The notes under the pieces: model-generated
The model's input: the letters and a program-made list of their open reading frames with translations, nothing else
What the model was told of the DNA's origin: nothing
Database searches by the model: none
NCBI GenBank assembly: GCA_965218585.1
Contig: CBDCLE010000026.1
Location: 192,001 to 256,000 of the forward strand
Source of the DNA: Terriglobia bacterium
GTDB taxonomy: Bacteria > Acidobacteriota > Terriglobia > 20CM-2-55-15
Length of the DNA: 64,000 bases
Reading direction: 5' to 3'
Shown here: positions 30,686 through 41,339 of the stretch, piece by piece
Numbering within the stretch: the first letter of the stretch is position 1
How the letters are laid out: the number at the start of each line of letters is the position of its first letter
Program-made: the position numbers and the translations under genes

Positions 30686-30946
30686 ATGGACACACCCATG
30701 ACACCCGAAGAACGGTTCACCCGAATCGAGAACTTCCTGAACACGGTAGCGGAGCATCAGGCGCAGATGTCCGAAAATCTGCTCCGTCATGACACGGATA
30801 TTCTGGAACTACGAGAGATACAGAAGGGTATGGCGCTCGCTATAACTAAGGTTGCTGACGCGCAGAAGATCACAGAGCAGAGTCTGAAGGCGTTGACCAA
30901 AAAAATGGACAGGATTATTGGCAAGGAAGACAGTACGCCGTCGTAA
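30686..30946 (+). CDS. Small coiled-coil hypothetical protein
   Basis: Heptad-like pattern; own intergenic slot. Confidence 0.6.
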   Translation: MDTPMTPEERFTRIENFLNTVAEHQAQMSENLLRHDTDILELREIQKGMALAITKVADAQKITEQSLKALTKKMDRIIGKEDSTPS

Positions 30947-31008
30947 TTAGGGTCGGGCCAGTCCCTCGCGCCATTGCCTGGTGTCCCCTTTTTCTTTACC
31001 GTCGTTCT

Positions 31009-32424
31009 CTACTGACCGGTTACAAGCCGGCGAATCGTCCCGTCCTGCTTGTTCAGAACAAACACCTGCCCATCGGGTCCCGTGCCGAAACGCAAATCGG
31101 CGCGGGAGGCCGGATCCTCTCCCTGTTCCCGATTCTTTGCCTGAATCAACTCGAGGAGCGTTCTGGCTTCCCCGCCGTCGTTGAGCAATACCCTCCGGAT
31201 TTCGTCCTGGCCGCCGTCAGGAAGATTGTCCGCGTCCAGATGGAAGATCTCACCGCTCGGCAGATCGCCAAACAGGATGCGGCCCTCTAACTCTGGGATC
31301 GCATCGCCGCGGTAAACGACAAGACCGATCGAAGCAGACTGGGACTGAAACAACGGATCCGGCTGGCCCCACTCCGCGATGGGATAGGTCACATTGGGAT
31401 CGCTGCGTGGACTCTCCAGACTCACTGCCTGTCGACTGATGAAAGCGAAGCTACCTTCCCAGGTGTTCCATCCGAGGTTGGCACCGCGTGTGACCGGACT
31501 GATTTCCTCGACGATGTTCTGGCCGATATCAGTAAAAAACATATTACCGTTCGCCGAATCCCAGGCGAAATTCTGCGGATTACGGACACCGTATGCATAG
31601 ATCTCGGCCAGCGTCCCATCGTCGCCATCGTTTGAAAACGGGTTGTCGTCCGGGATCCCATATTGTCCGTTGGCGCTGCCCGACCCGAGCGGGTCGATAC
31701 GGAAGATCTTGCCGAAGCCTGAACCGAGCTTTTGTGCGTTGAAGAGCGGATCGCCACCACTGCCGCCATCGGCGATCCCTACGTAGAGCAGACCGAAATC
31801 CCCCTCGCCCGGCGACGCCGTCGTATTGAATCCAATCTGACCGCCATTGTGGTTACCGAAAGGTTGCTCGAACCGGAACAGCTCCCGGGGTGAACCACCG
31901 TCGTAAGTCGTCCCGCCGGGCGTCATTGCAGTCCACTCCAGAAGAACTGTGTCGTGCGTGTCGTTGCCGCCTCCCGGGACAAAGTCGGGCTCCGGGGCGG
32001 TGTCGGTAACGTCGCTCCACGTATAGAACTTGCCAAAACCCGGAGTGCCAGCCTCGCCGAATTGAGGATGGAAGGCGAAGCTCTGCATTCCCCGCTCTCT
32101 TCCGCTTGAGTTGACGCCGATGCCCCAATTGTCGGCATTCGTGTCGACGTATCGGGTGACTGTCTCTCCGTCGTAGCTGACGCTGAAGATCGGACCCTGC
32201 ATGTCGTTGACGAACAGGCGGCCGGTTCCGGGCTCGTTTACCAGGATCATGGGGCGGGCGGTTGCTCCATCCACGTCCGGAATGGAGGCGAACTCCACAT
32301 AATCGACAGTGATGACACCTTCGACGGCTTCGACCGGTTCGGAAAAAGGATCGTTTGTCGTCTGGGCGAGAGCTGGTAACGCCACTAGCGCTACGACCAT
32401 CAAACAATTTACATATCTGGCCAT
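31009..32424 (-). CDS. PQQ-dependent glucose/sorbosone dehydrogenase family protein
   Basis: QPFGNHNGGQIGF, DGGSGGDP, GKIFRIDP, AYGVRNP. Confidence 0.88.
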   Translation of the reverse strand: MARYVNCLMVVALVALPALAQTTNDPFSEPVEAVEGVITVDYVEFASIPDVDGATARPMILVNEPGTGRLFVNDMQGPIFSVSYDGETVTRYVDTNADNWGIGVNSSGRERGMQSFAFHPQFGEAGTPGFGKFYTWSDVTDTAPEPDFVPGGGNDTHDTVLLEWTAMTPGGTTYDGGSPRELFRFEQPFGNHNGGQIGFNTTASPGEGDFGLLYVGIADGGSGGDPLFNAQKLGSGFGKIFRIDPLGSGSANGQYGIPDDNPFSNDGDDGTLAEIYAYGVRNPQNFAWDSANGNMFFTDIGQNIVEEISPVTRGANLGWNTWEGSFAFISRQAVSLESPRSDPNVTYPIAEWGQPDPLFQSQSASIGLVVYRGDAIPELEGRILFGDLPSGEIFHLDADNLPDGGQDEIRRVLLNDGGEARTLLELIQAKNREQGEDPASRADLRFGTGPDGQVFVLNKQDGTIRRLVTGQ

Positions 32425-32491
32425 CTTGATTCCTATATGGGTGGATCCGAGGACCCACCGGTTCTGTTTGCCTAAGAAAGTTCGGACATGC

Positions 32492-32884
32492 CTACCGACG
32501 GTTCACCTTGAAATCGCCTCGAGCACCGGGGCGACCCCAACTGCCCACGATTTCCTGACGAAAGAGGGAACCGTAGTTCTCAAGCGTTCCCTCGAAGGTG
32601 TAAGTCACTGGATTTCCCGCTTCGTCCTCGATGTCTACCTCGAAGCGAACTCTCCAGTCCGAGGGTTCGAAGGTCACAGCTTGAATAGAAGTGCTCTGTG
32701 GACCGGGATTAAGGATACCCGTGACCGCATTGCCGTCCCAAAACATGACAATCGTCACATAGGTCCGATCGTCCGCGCCCGGTCCCCAGTCGCCACTCCA
32801 CGTACCGGCCAAAGGGTGCCCTTCCTGAGCGCCCGAGAGGGGGACACACACCAGGCAAACGATGAGACAAAACCAACGCACCAT
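32492..32884 (-). CDS. Secreted hypothetical protein
   Basis: Signal peptide, HPLAGTWSGDW. Confidence 0.65.
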   Translation of the reverse strand: MVRWFCLIVCLVCVPLSGAQEGHPLAGTWSGDWGPGADDRTYVTIVMFWDGNAVTGILNPGPQSTSIQAVTFEPSDWRVRFEVDIEDEAGNPVTYTFEGTLENYGSLFRQEIVGSWGRPGARGDFKVNRR

Positions 32885-33043
32885 TCTCGAAATCTCCCAG
32901 TCTCTGGATTGTGAGAAATGCTAACATTTACCCGCGGAAATCGGAATTCCAGGCCAAATCTCTCCCGAGGAGTCGCTCGAGCTCGTCTGAGATGGTCTTG
33001 ACAAGGTGAATCAACAACAAGGGTATAAGAGACGGCTAGTCGG

Positions 33044-33454
33044 TTGGAGGGCACATTGATAAGAGCCAGGTTTGTCGCACTGATATTCACCATAGGATTC
33101 ATAGCAACGGCATGGCCCCTGGCCGCCCACCACTCCTTTTCCGCGGAATTCGACAGGGACAGACCCGTGACAACGACTGGGGCCGTAGTCAAGATTGAGT
33201 GGATGAACCCCCATATCTGGTTCTACGTGGATGTGCGGGATGAAGAGACCGGGACCGTCACGAATTGGGCCTGGGAAATGGGCAGCCCGAACGGGCTGAT
33301 GCGACGCGGCTGGTCACGGAACTCGCTAAAGATTGGCGACGTCGTCAATGTAGAAGGAAGTCAGGCCAGAGATGGGAGCAACAAGGCGAACGCAACCACG
33401 GTCGTTCTTGCCGATGGCACACGACTCTTCGCAGGCTCCAACCCGAATAACTGA
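33044..33454 (+). CDS. DUF6152-like protein
   Basis: AHHSFSAEFD...WMNPH...G.P..L.R.GW pattern. Confidence 0.75.
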   Translation: MEGTLIRARFVALIFTIGFIATAWPLAAHHSFSAEFDRDRPVTTTGAVVKIEWMNPHIWFYVDVRDEETGTVTNWAWEMGSPNGLMRRGWSRNSLKIGDVVNVEGSQARDGSNKANATTVVLADGTRLFAGSNPNN

Positions 33455-33466
33455 GGAGATCCTGAC

Positions 33467-34273
33467 GTGCGAGAACACTTCTGCTCCAAGCCCATCAGAT
33501 TGTGTGGAGTAGCTCTTCTTTGGCTGGCCTTGGCCACAACTTCGTTTGGTCAGGCGCCGGATGCCGACGCAACCGAAGCATCCGTGCCTGCGCCGCGACT
33601 GTCCTCAGGCCTCCCAGACCTCGGTGGAAAAGGCACGTGGGGCTTGCCTTATATCACCAACATGTCCCAGCCGGTCCGGGGAGAGGAGCCGATTGAGATA
33701 CCGTTCCAGCCTTGGTCCCAGGCAGTTTTCGAGGCGCGGCAGTCTAACGAATCCCGCTATGACCCTGAAGGTTACTGTCTGCCGCCGGGCATACCCCGAG
33801 CCCTCGGCACCCCATATCCCATGCAGTTCCTTCAGGAAGAGGACCGGATCATCCAGATCTTTGAAGGTGGAGCGCACATCTGGCGTGAGATCTTCATGGA
33901 CGGTCGACGGCATCCGGAAGGAGACGCCTTGAATCCGACCTACAACGGCCACGCTGTCGGGCGTTGGGAAGGGGACACACTCGTTGTCGATGTCGTCGGC
34001 TTCAACGAAAAAACCTGGCTCGACATCTCCGGCCACCCCCATACAGATGCGATGCGCGTCACCGAACGATACACACGCACCGACCTGGACACACTCCGAT
34101 ACGAAGCAACCATAGATGACCCGAAGACCTATACCCGGCCGTGGACAACCGGATGGACTATCGGGTGGAACGAGGGCCAGGAACTGCAGGAATACATCTG
34201 TCAGGAGAACAACCAGTACCTGGAGGGGTTGATCCGCGAAGAAATCATGCTGGAGCTGGGAGAACCGGAGTGA
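33467..34273 (+). CDS. Conserved secreted hypothetical protein
   Basis: DP..YCLPPGIPR, GRWEGDTLVVD, TIDDPKTYTRPW, EYICQENN. Confidence 0.75.
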   Translation: MREHFCSKPIRLCGVALLWLALATTSFGQAPDADATEASVPAPRLSSGLPDLGGKGTWGLPYITNMSQPVRGEEPIEIPFQPWSQAVFEARQSNESRYDPEGYCLPPGIPRALGTPYPMQFLQEEDRIIQIFEGGAHIWREIFMDGRRHPEGDALNPTYNGHAVGRWEGDTLVVDVVGFNEKTWLDISGHPHTDAMRVTERYTRTDLDTLRYEATIDDPKTYTRPWTTGWTIGWNEGQELQEYICQENNQYLEGLIREEIMLELGEPE

Positions 34274-34297
34274 GGCGGGGAGCTAGACCTACGCCCA

Positions 34298-35533
34298 GTG
34301 AATAACCAGCGATCACAACCCGGTTTCGGCGAATTCGTCGCCCTGATGGCGATGATGATGTCTCTGGTCGCTCTGTCAATCGATGCGATCCTCCCTGCCC
34401 TGCCTGATATCGGTAGCGATCTCGGGGTTGAGAGAGCCAACGACACACAACTGGTCATCTCGCTGCTTTTTCTGGGGTTCGCGGCGGGCCAGCTCGTCTA
34501 TGGACCGCTCTCAGACGCCGCTGGACGCAAACCCACCGTCTATCTTGGCTTCGTGTTGATCGGAGTGGGTTCGATTCTTTCCCTGACCGGAACAAGCTTT
34601 CCGGTGATGCTGGCGGGAAGATTCCTGCAGGGAGTCGGTGTCGCGGGCCCCCGGACAATCACGTTGGCTCTGGTACGGGACCGCTACGAGGGAAGGACTA
34701 TGGCCCAGGTGATGTCTTTCGTGATGGCCATTTTCATCCTCGCCCCTGTCGTCGCGCCCACTCTGGGACAGGGCATCCTTCTCTTTGCGGGATGGCGGGC
34801 AATCTTCGGTTTCTACCTTGGGCTGGTTGTCGTCGTTTCGATCTGGTTCGGAATCCGGCAACCGGAAACGCTGGCCCCGGATCGCCGCATTCCCTTTACC
34901 GCAGCGCGGATCGCGGGGGCTGCACGGGAAGTTCTGTTCAACAGGATCGCGTTCGGGTACACGATTGCCTCGGGATTCGTCTTCGGATCGTTCGTCGGCT
35001 ACCTCAACTCTTCGCAACAGATCTTCCAGCAACTGTACGGTCTGGGCCGACTGTTCCCGCTCTATTTTGGAATCGGCGCGCTTTCGGTGGGATGCGCATC
35101 GTTTGTCAACGCAGGACTCGTGATGAAGCACGGAATGCGATTGCTGGCTGTGCGTGCTCTGCAATCGGTGTCAGGGCTCTCTGTGACTTTCTTCGCGGTA
35201 ACGTACGCTCTGGGGGGCCAGCCGCCCTTATGGCTGTTCATGGCCTACCTGTTGCTTGTGTTCTTCAGCGTGGGCATTCTCTTCGGGAACCTGAACGCGC
35301 TTGCGATGCAACCGGTCGGTCACGTCGCCGGAACCGGTGCTGCGATCATTGGTTCTCTCGCCACTTTCATTTCGATCGTCCTCGGAACGGGAGTCGGACA
35401 AGCCTACAACGGAACGATCCTGCCTTTAGTCGGAGGATTTGCCGGATTCAGCATCGTTTCGCTCCTCATCGTGCACTGGATCGAACGTGAGACTATGATC
35501 CCAGCAGTCGAAGCAGTTTCGATCAAAGATTGA
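34298..35533 (+). CDS. Bcr/CflA-family MFS efflux transporter
   Basis: ALSIDAILPALP, GPLSDAAGRKP, ~12 TMs. Confidence 0.92.
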   Translation: MNNQRSQPGFGEFVALMAMMMSLVALSIDAILPALPDIGSDLGVERANDTQLVISLLFLGFAAGQLVYGPLSDAAGRKPTVYLGFVLIGVGSILSLTGTSFPVMLAGRFLQGVGVAGPRTITLALVRDRYEGRTMAQVMSFVMAIFILAPVVAPTLGQGILLFAGWRAIFGFYLGLVVVVSIWFGIRQPETLAPDRRIPFTAARIAGAAREVLFNRIAFGYTIASGFVFGSFVGYLNSSQQIFQQLYGLGRLFPLYFGIGALSVGCASFVNAGLVMKHGMRLLAVRALQSVSGLSVTFFAVTYALGGQPPLWLFMAYLLLVFFSVGILFGNLNALAMQPVGHVAGTGAAIIGSLATFISIVLGTGVGQAYNGTILPLVGGFAGFSIVSLLIVHWIERETMIPAVEAVSIKD

Positions 35534-35566
35534 TAAACTAGAGTTGCGCCTGTCCGGATTCCATCC

Positions 35567-37033
35567 ATGAAGCACGGCCGATCGCATCGCCGGTTCGTCA
35601 TCGCAACAGCTCTTACCTGTCTGCTCGGGGTGGGAGCAGTGGCTTCCGAATTTCCTCCACCCCAGGAAACTGAGCAGCGGGCGCCTTTTGTCGTCTATTT
35701 CGACGACGGCCCCTTACCCACATCCGGGTTAATCCGTGATGAAGCGACATATGTTCCCCTTACAGGACTCGTCCGACGCATGGCATTGCCCTATACGGAC
35801 GCGACCGGTGTAGGCTCCTTCACGGTTCGCGGTCCGCGTGGGACTCTGATTGCAGTGGATGGAGAAGACACCCTGACCGTCGACGGGCGGACTCTGAAAC
35901 TCGAAGACGCACCTTTCAGAAACGGCATGGAGTGGTTTGTGCCGATAAAGTTTCTGACCACGGGTCTGGAACAGATCACCGGAGTGGACTTCCAGTACGA
36001 GCCCGGTGCGCCCCGAGTTCTGGCTGGCACGCTCCGAGCAACCGACCTGGCTATCACTGCGGTTGGAAACGAGGGCGAAACACGTCTGACGATACGATCC
36101 GCACTCGGCGTTAACCTTCGAGTTCAACAGCTTCGAGAAGAGAATCGCGTAATCCTGTCTATCGACCGTGCACCGATGAGTCCCGCCGAGGAGGTCCTCG
36201 ATTACAGGGACGCCTCCGTCAGGTCGGTACGATTCGACGATGCGGACGGGCGTTCCAAGATTGTGGTTGAGACGACGTCGCAGGTCGCAAGCGTCCGATT
36301 GACTCCAACCGACGCGAACCGCACTTTCTTTGTGGATTTCGTTCCCGAAAGCGTACCTGCCAGACCCATCGCTTCACCCCCGGACCGGGAGGGACTTGTA
36401 TCGTCGGATGAGGTCCGGGTCATAGTGATCGACCCCGGTCATGGCGGACTGGATGGTGGGGCCCAGGCATCGGGAACGCTGGAAAAAGATCTGACGCTCA
36501 CCCTGGCCCGTGGCATCCGCAGGCGACTTCAGAGGGAGATCGATACGACGGTCATCCTCACACGGGACGCCGACCTGGAATTGAGCGGCGAGACTCGTTC
36601 AGCGATTGCCAACAATAACGAGGCCGATCTGCTGATCAGCCTGCATGTGGGGTTTTCTGCCGATCCCACCGAAACGGGCGCTTCGCTGTTCGTCATGAAG
36701 GACATGCCGGACGAAGAGAGGGTCGAACGAGCGCTCTTCAAGCCATGGTTCCGAACGCATCAAGACCATCTGGGACAGAGCCGCCGGCTGGGAGAAATTC
36801 TTCAGAGAAAGCTGATGAGGGCGATCCCCGGTTGGGAGTTTCCGTTGCGGGAGGCTCCGATCAGTGTCCTGACCAGTGCAGCCATGCCCGCGATCCTGAT
36901 CGAAGTGGGTAACGCGAACAATCCCTCCAATCTTGCGACCCTGATCGATCAAGGGTTCCAGGGTCGTCTCATTGAGGCCATCGTCGAATCTGTTAGTGAA
37001 TTCGGTGCGCCCCGGGAAGGAGCGAGTCCATGA
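35567..37033 (+). CDS. N-acetylmuramoyl-L-alanine amidase (Amidase_3)
   Basis: IDPGHGG, EKD, LISLH, PAILIEVG. Confidence 0.88.
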   Translation: MKHGRSHRRFVIATALTCLLGVGAVASEFPPPQETEQRAPFVVYFDDGPLPTSGLIRDEATYVPLTGLVRRMALPYTDATGVGSFTVRGPRGTLIAVDGEDTLTVDGRTLKLEDAPFRNGMEWFVPIKFLTTGLEQITGVDFQYEPGAPRVLAGTLRATDLAITAVGNEGETRLTIRSALGVNLRVQQLREENRVILSIDRAPMSPAEEVLDYRDASVRSVRFDDADGRSKIVVETTSQVASVRLTPTDANRTFFVDFVPESVPARPIASPPDREGLVSSDEVRVIVIDPGHGGLDGGAQASGTLEKDLTLTLARGIRRRLQREIDTTVILTRDADLELSGETRSAIANNNEADLLISLHVGFSADPTETGASLFVMKDMPDEERVERALFKPWFRTHQDHLGQSRRLGEILQRKLMRAIPGWEFPLREAPISVLTSAAMPAILIEVGNANNPSNLATLIDQGFQGRLIEAIVESVSEFGAPREGASP

Positions 37034-37680
37034 CACGCAACGTCTGGATCAGCCTACTTCTGATGATTGCCGTCACGGGAGGATCCGCGCTTTACTTTTT
37101 CAGCATCGCCGACAGTGTGTTACAAGATTCTGGGCCGGAGACCGAGCCGATCTTTGATGAAGCCGCCCGGCCACTCTATGAGCCCACCGATCCCCCCATT
37201 GAGGCAAGGATGTTCTTCCCGGGCACCAGCAATGACGTCCTGCTCAGGACTCAGGACGTCACGATCTTCGCTTCGGCTGAGATAGAAAACCGCGTCCGTC
37301 AGATTGTCGAGAAATTGATCCAGGGAGCGGAAGACGAAGATCTCTTCGGCAGACTTCCTGACGACACACGTCTCAACGAAGTGTTTGTAACCGATAACGG
37401 CATCGTGTACCTGGACTTCAACAGTGCACTCTCGGACAATCACCCCGGGGGGGTGCTTCCCGAGCAGGCCACGATATATTCCATTGTCAACTCGATCACG
37501 TACAACGTAGCTGGAATCGATCGGGTCAAGATCCTTATTGGAGGAAACGAGAAGGAGACGCTGGCCGGACATTGCCTGCTTCTGCTACCGTTGGAAACAG
37601 ATCTTTCGATCAGCGACATGGCGCCCATAGCATCATTGGCCCAACCTCTTCCGACAGGCGAGATCATAGATGAGAACTGA
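37030..37680 (+). CDS. GerMN-domain protein
   Basis: N-terminal TM; [27 protein letters not shown]. Confidence 0.85.
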   Translation: MTRNVWISLLLMIAVTGGSALYFFSIADSVLQDSGPETEPIFDEAARPLYEPTDPPIEARMFFPGTSNDVLLRTQDVTIFASAEIENRVRQIVEKLIQGAEDEDLFGRLPDDTRLNEVFVTDNGIVYLDFNSALSDNHPGGVLPEQATIYSIVNSITYNVAGIDRVKILIGGNEKETLAGHCLLLLPLETDLSISDMAPIASLAQPLPTGEIIDEN

Positions 37681-38398
37681 CGGGCGAAATCCCGGCGATC
37701 TTCGTCGGGTTCAGATCACGCCGGATTTTATTCCGCATGCAGAAGGCTCCGTGCTGATCGAAGTCGGCCGGACCCGCGTCATCTGCACGGCCAGCGTCGA
37801 GGAATCCGTACCGCTCTTTATGCGCGGATCCGACAAGGGATGGATCACGTCGGAATACTCGATGCTGCCACGCGCTACGGAGAGCCGCACTCCGCGGGAA
37901 GCTTCGCTGGGCCGCAAGTCGGGTCGCACGCAGGAAATTCAGCGCCTCATCGGGCGGTCGCTTCGAACGGCCGTCGATTTGGACCTGCTGGGCGAACGCA
38001 CGATCTGGGTGGATTGCGACGTCATCGAGGCCGATGGTGGAACGCGAACAGCTTCGATCACCGGGGCTTTTGTGGCTATGGTCCAGGCAATGGACAAGCT
38101 GGTCGCGAAGGGTGCACTCGAAACCGTGCCACTGCGCTCCAACCTGGCCGCGATCAGCGTGGGCATCCTCGACGGAGTGCCGATGCTGGATCTGAACTAC
38201 GAAGAGGATTCCAGCGCCGATGTGGACTTCAACGTCGTGATGACCGACCAGAGCGAGTTTGTAGAAGTCCAGGGGACTGCAGAACGGAAGCCCTTCCCGA
38301 GGGCACTCCTGGACGAACTCCTCGAGCTGGCGGAATCCGGAATCGCGAAGCTGATCCAGACCCAGCAGCAAGCGCTCGGTGAAATGCGAAACCAGTGA
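37670..38398 (+). CDS. rph: Ribonuclease PH
   Basis: [41 protein letters not shown]. Confidence 0.97.
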   Translation: MRTDGRNPGDLRRVQITPDFIPHAEGSVLIEVGRTRVICTASVEESVPLFMRGSDKGWITSEYSMLPRATESRTPREASLGRKSGRTQEIQRLIGRSLRTAVDLDLLGERTIWVDCDVIEADGGTRTASITGAFVAMVQAMDKLVAKGALETVPLRSNLAAISVGILDGVPMLDLNYEEDSSADVDFNVVMTDQSEFVEVQGTAERKPFPRALLDELLELAESGIAKLIQTQQQALGEMRNQ

Positions 38399-38975
38399 GG
38401 TCTCTCGTTGTTGCCAGTCGGAACCGCGGCAAGGCAGAAGAGATCGCCCTGGTCCTCGAGTCTCTTGAGAACTGGAAAGTAGAGTCGCTCCCGGAAGGGA
38501 TTCCCGACGTCGAAGAAACCGGATCCACGTTCCTGGAGAACGCGGTCCTCAAAGCGGAGTATTACAGCCAGATGGTCGATCGCTGGTGTGTCGCCGACGA
38601 CTCCGGATTGATTGTCGCCGCACTGGACGGACGACCCGGCATTTATTCAGCTCGATATGCCCCTGACGACGATCGGCGGAATCAAAGGCTGCTCGGAGAA
38701 TTGAAAGAAGTGCCCGCGGGCACGCGCAACGCCCGTTTTGTCTGCGCTCTGGCACTGGCCCGAAACGGTCGTCCGACATGGACAGTTGAGGGTCGGGTCG
38801 AAGGACAGATTGCGGTGGACCGACTGGAACCTACGGCTTCGGTTACGATCCACTGTTTTGGGTCCCGGAGTTCGGCAAGACCATGGGCGAACTGCAACCC
38901 GAGGTAAAGAATCGAATCAGCCACCGTGGACTGGCGCTGGCCAAGCTCAAGCGACATCTTGAGGCGCAGGGGTGA
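38395..38975 (+). CDS. rdgB: Non-canonical purine NTP pyrophosphatase; frameshift near 38820, probably sequencing error
   Basis: ADDSGL, PGIYSAR; shifted frame gives GFGYDPLF...KNRISHRG, stop at 38975. Confidence 0.9.
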
Positions 38976-39073
38976 TTTTTTACATTCTCCGGTACCATCA
39001 ATTGCTAACGTAGTAGGAGCCGAGTGGATCTAACCAGGGTGTTCGAGGAGATTTCCCAAGGAGGTCGAGAATT

Positions 39074-39709
39074 GTGACTTCGATATTGATGATAGTGATG
39101 CTTCTGGGGCCGATGGGACAGGGGCCGAGGGACCTCACGGTTCCCGACGAGTCGCAGATCAAACCGCCGCTGGTCGTGGCCGAGGGTACAACGATCCCCG
39201 TGAGCCTGATCAACGAACTTCCCACCAAGAACGCCGAAGCCGGCAATGGTGTCTATGCTCAGACGATCTTCCCTGTGACGGTCAACAACGAAATCGTGAT
39301 CCCCGTCGGGACCTACGTGCGGGGCCGAATCGTCAACGCTGAACGACCGGGACGCGTGTCCGGAAGGGCCGAACTGACGATTAACTTCCATACGATTGTC
39401 CTGCCGAGCGGTCTGACACTGCCGATTTTTGGAAGCCTGGGTGGCGTCGGCGGAGTGGCCGAACGAAGAGGAGAGGCCACGGTCAGTGGTGATTCGTCCA
39501 AGGGAGATGACGTGGGCACGGTCGCCACGAATGCGGGGACGGGAGCGGTCATCGGAGCGATCGGCGGTGGCGGCAAGGGCGTCGCGATTGGCGCCGGGGC
39601 CGGCGCAGCAGCCGGAATCGCACAGGTTCTCCTGACACGTGGTGACGATCTGACGTTGCCCAGAGGCACGACGATCGAAGTCGTGCTCGACCGGCCACTG
39701 GAACCGTGA
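39074..39709 (+). CDS. Exported VirB10/TrbI-like hypothetical protein with glycine zipper
   Basis: IPVGTYVRG, GAVIGAIGGGGKGVAIGAGAGA, LTRG.DL.LPRGT. Confidence 0.65.
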   Translation: MTSILMIVMLLGPMGQGPRDLTVPDESQIKPPLVVAEGTTIPVSLINELPTKNAEAGNGVYAQTIFPVTVNNEIVIPVGTYVRGRIVNAERPGRVSGRAELTINFHTIVLPSGLTLPIFGSLGGVGGVAERRGEATVSGDSSKGDDVGTVATNAGTGAVIGAIGGGGKGVAIGAGAGAAAGIAQVLLTRGDDLTLPRGTTIEVVLDRPLEP

Positions 39710-39784
39710 AAATTTGGGACTGACACCTAATCCCTCGCTCTTCGAGGAATTAGGCTGTCTGTCCTAAGAATTTTCATTCCCCTT

Positions 39785-39813
39785 TTGCAACCTCCCCTTC
39801 TTTCCATTACCTT
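39785..39813 (+). promoter_or_regulatory. Promoter of tRNA-Pro
   Basis: TTGCAA-N17-TACCTT upstream of tRNA 5' end. Confidence 0.5.
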
Positions 39814-39827
39814 TAACTGAGTCACTT

Positions 39828-39871
39828 CGGGGCGTAGCGTAGTCCGGTCAGCGCGCCTGCTTTGGGAGCAG
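39828..39871 (+). tRNA. tRNA-Pro(TGG) 5' fragment only (no T-arm or 3' acceptor strand)
   Basis: CGGGGCGTAGCGTAGTCCGGTCAGCGCGCCTGCTTTGGGAGCAG; anticodon 39863-39865; similarity stops at 39871. Confidence 0.85.
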
Positions 39872-40041
39872 TAATTCGATCGTCTCGCTGGATCCCGTAC
39901 CATCCATCGTAGTTCCCAATAACTATTGAAACAGCTATACTTAAGAGGTATATTACGTCCATGGATGTCCACTGCCATCTCGTACAGTGCCGTCCTGTGG
40001 ACCCCAAATTGGACCCCATCGGTTCCGCAAGGGGGCTGACA

Positions 40042-41250
40042 GTGCCGAGACTCAAGCTAAGCGCGCGCGGGGTCATGGCATTGGGAACGAATCGAGCGCG
40101 CCAAGAATTCTGGGACACGGTCACGCCCGGACTGGTCCTGCGTGTCAGTGGAGAGAGTGGCGCAAAGACGTGGAGCGTGAGATACCGAATGAACGGTACG
40201 CGCCGCCGTCAGAAGCTGGGAAGCTACCCGAGGCTGAGTCTGGCGGAAGCGCGAGCGGCAGCTCGCGAGGTGCTGAGGTAAGCCGACGCGGGGGAGGATC
40301 CTGCAAGGGAGCGTGCCGACCGTAAAGCGGGCCGTTACAGGTTCAAGGAGCTTGCCGAAGAAGTCCTGGAGGCACGGGCGATGCGGACCCGAGAAGCGAC
40401 CCAGCGGGAGAGAGCGCGGCTCCTCGGAAAGGAACTCGTGCCCATTTGGGGCCATCGGCCAGCTCCGGACATCACTCGACGCGAGGTCGTCCACCTCGTC
40501 GAAAACATTGCCAAGAGAGGAGCCCCGATCGTCGCGAATCGGACGCTGAGTCTCATCCGACTGATCTTCAACGATGGGCTGCGGCGGGGATTTCCGACTC
40601 TGGAGGCCAATCCCGCGCACCTCGTCGAGCCGCCGGCCGAGGAATCGGGAAGGGACCGGTACCTGACTCGAGAAGAGATCAAGGTCATCTGGCAAGCGAC
40701 CGGGAACGAAACTCTGGCAACACGTGGTGTCTTCCGCCTCGCGCTACTGACGGGTCAGCGGATCGGTTCGGTGTGCGCGATGCGATGGGATGGAATCACA
40801 GGCGACCTATGGACGATTCCGCCGGAACACTTCAAAGGAAAGCGGATCCACGTTATTCCGCTCTCGACCGAGGCGTTTGAAGTCATCGAGGAGCTGAGCG
40901 AGACCGCCCACTCGGACAGATGGGTTTTCCCGTCGCGGGCAAAGGCGAAAAGACCCTATTTAACGAACATGGCTGGGTCGCTCTCCAGGGTCCGCAAGAA
41001 GACGTTGATCCCTAGCTGGAGCGTCCATGACTTCCGCACCACCTTCCGGACCCACGCCGTCCGGGCCACAGAGGACGGCGGTCTCGCGATCCCCCGCCAT
41101 GTAGCAGATGCAGTACTCGGTCACAAGGAAGCAACGCTTGGATTCGAGAGGTATACAGGGGACCGGGACCGCTACCTCCTACATGAGAAGCGAGACGCCC
41201 TGAAAAAGTGGGGTGCGTTCATCATGGAAGCGGTGAAGGCGGCGAGGTGA
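40042..41250 (+). pseudogene. Tyrosine integrase with arm-binding domain, in-frame TAA at 40279-40281
   Basis: GLVLRVS...LGSYPRLSLAEAR; TGQR, HDFR, LGH, RY; upstream TGGACCCCA direct repeats. Confidence 0.88.
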
Positions 41251-41339
41251 AGCGAGACTACTCACCACTAGAAAGAGGGCGGGGCTTCTCAAGGCACTGT
41301 CAAGTTAACCGGAATTCGGGTAGTGGGCAAGTTTCAATT

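Noticed and set aside
39828-41250. Intron-containing tRNA-Pro
   Set aside because: The break follows the anticodon stem rather than lying in the loop, no 3' exon is seen, and an integrase follows.
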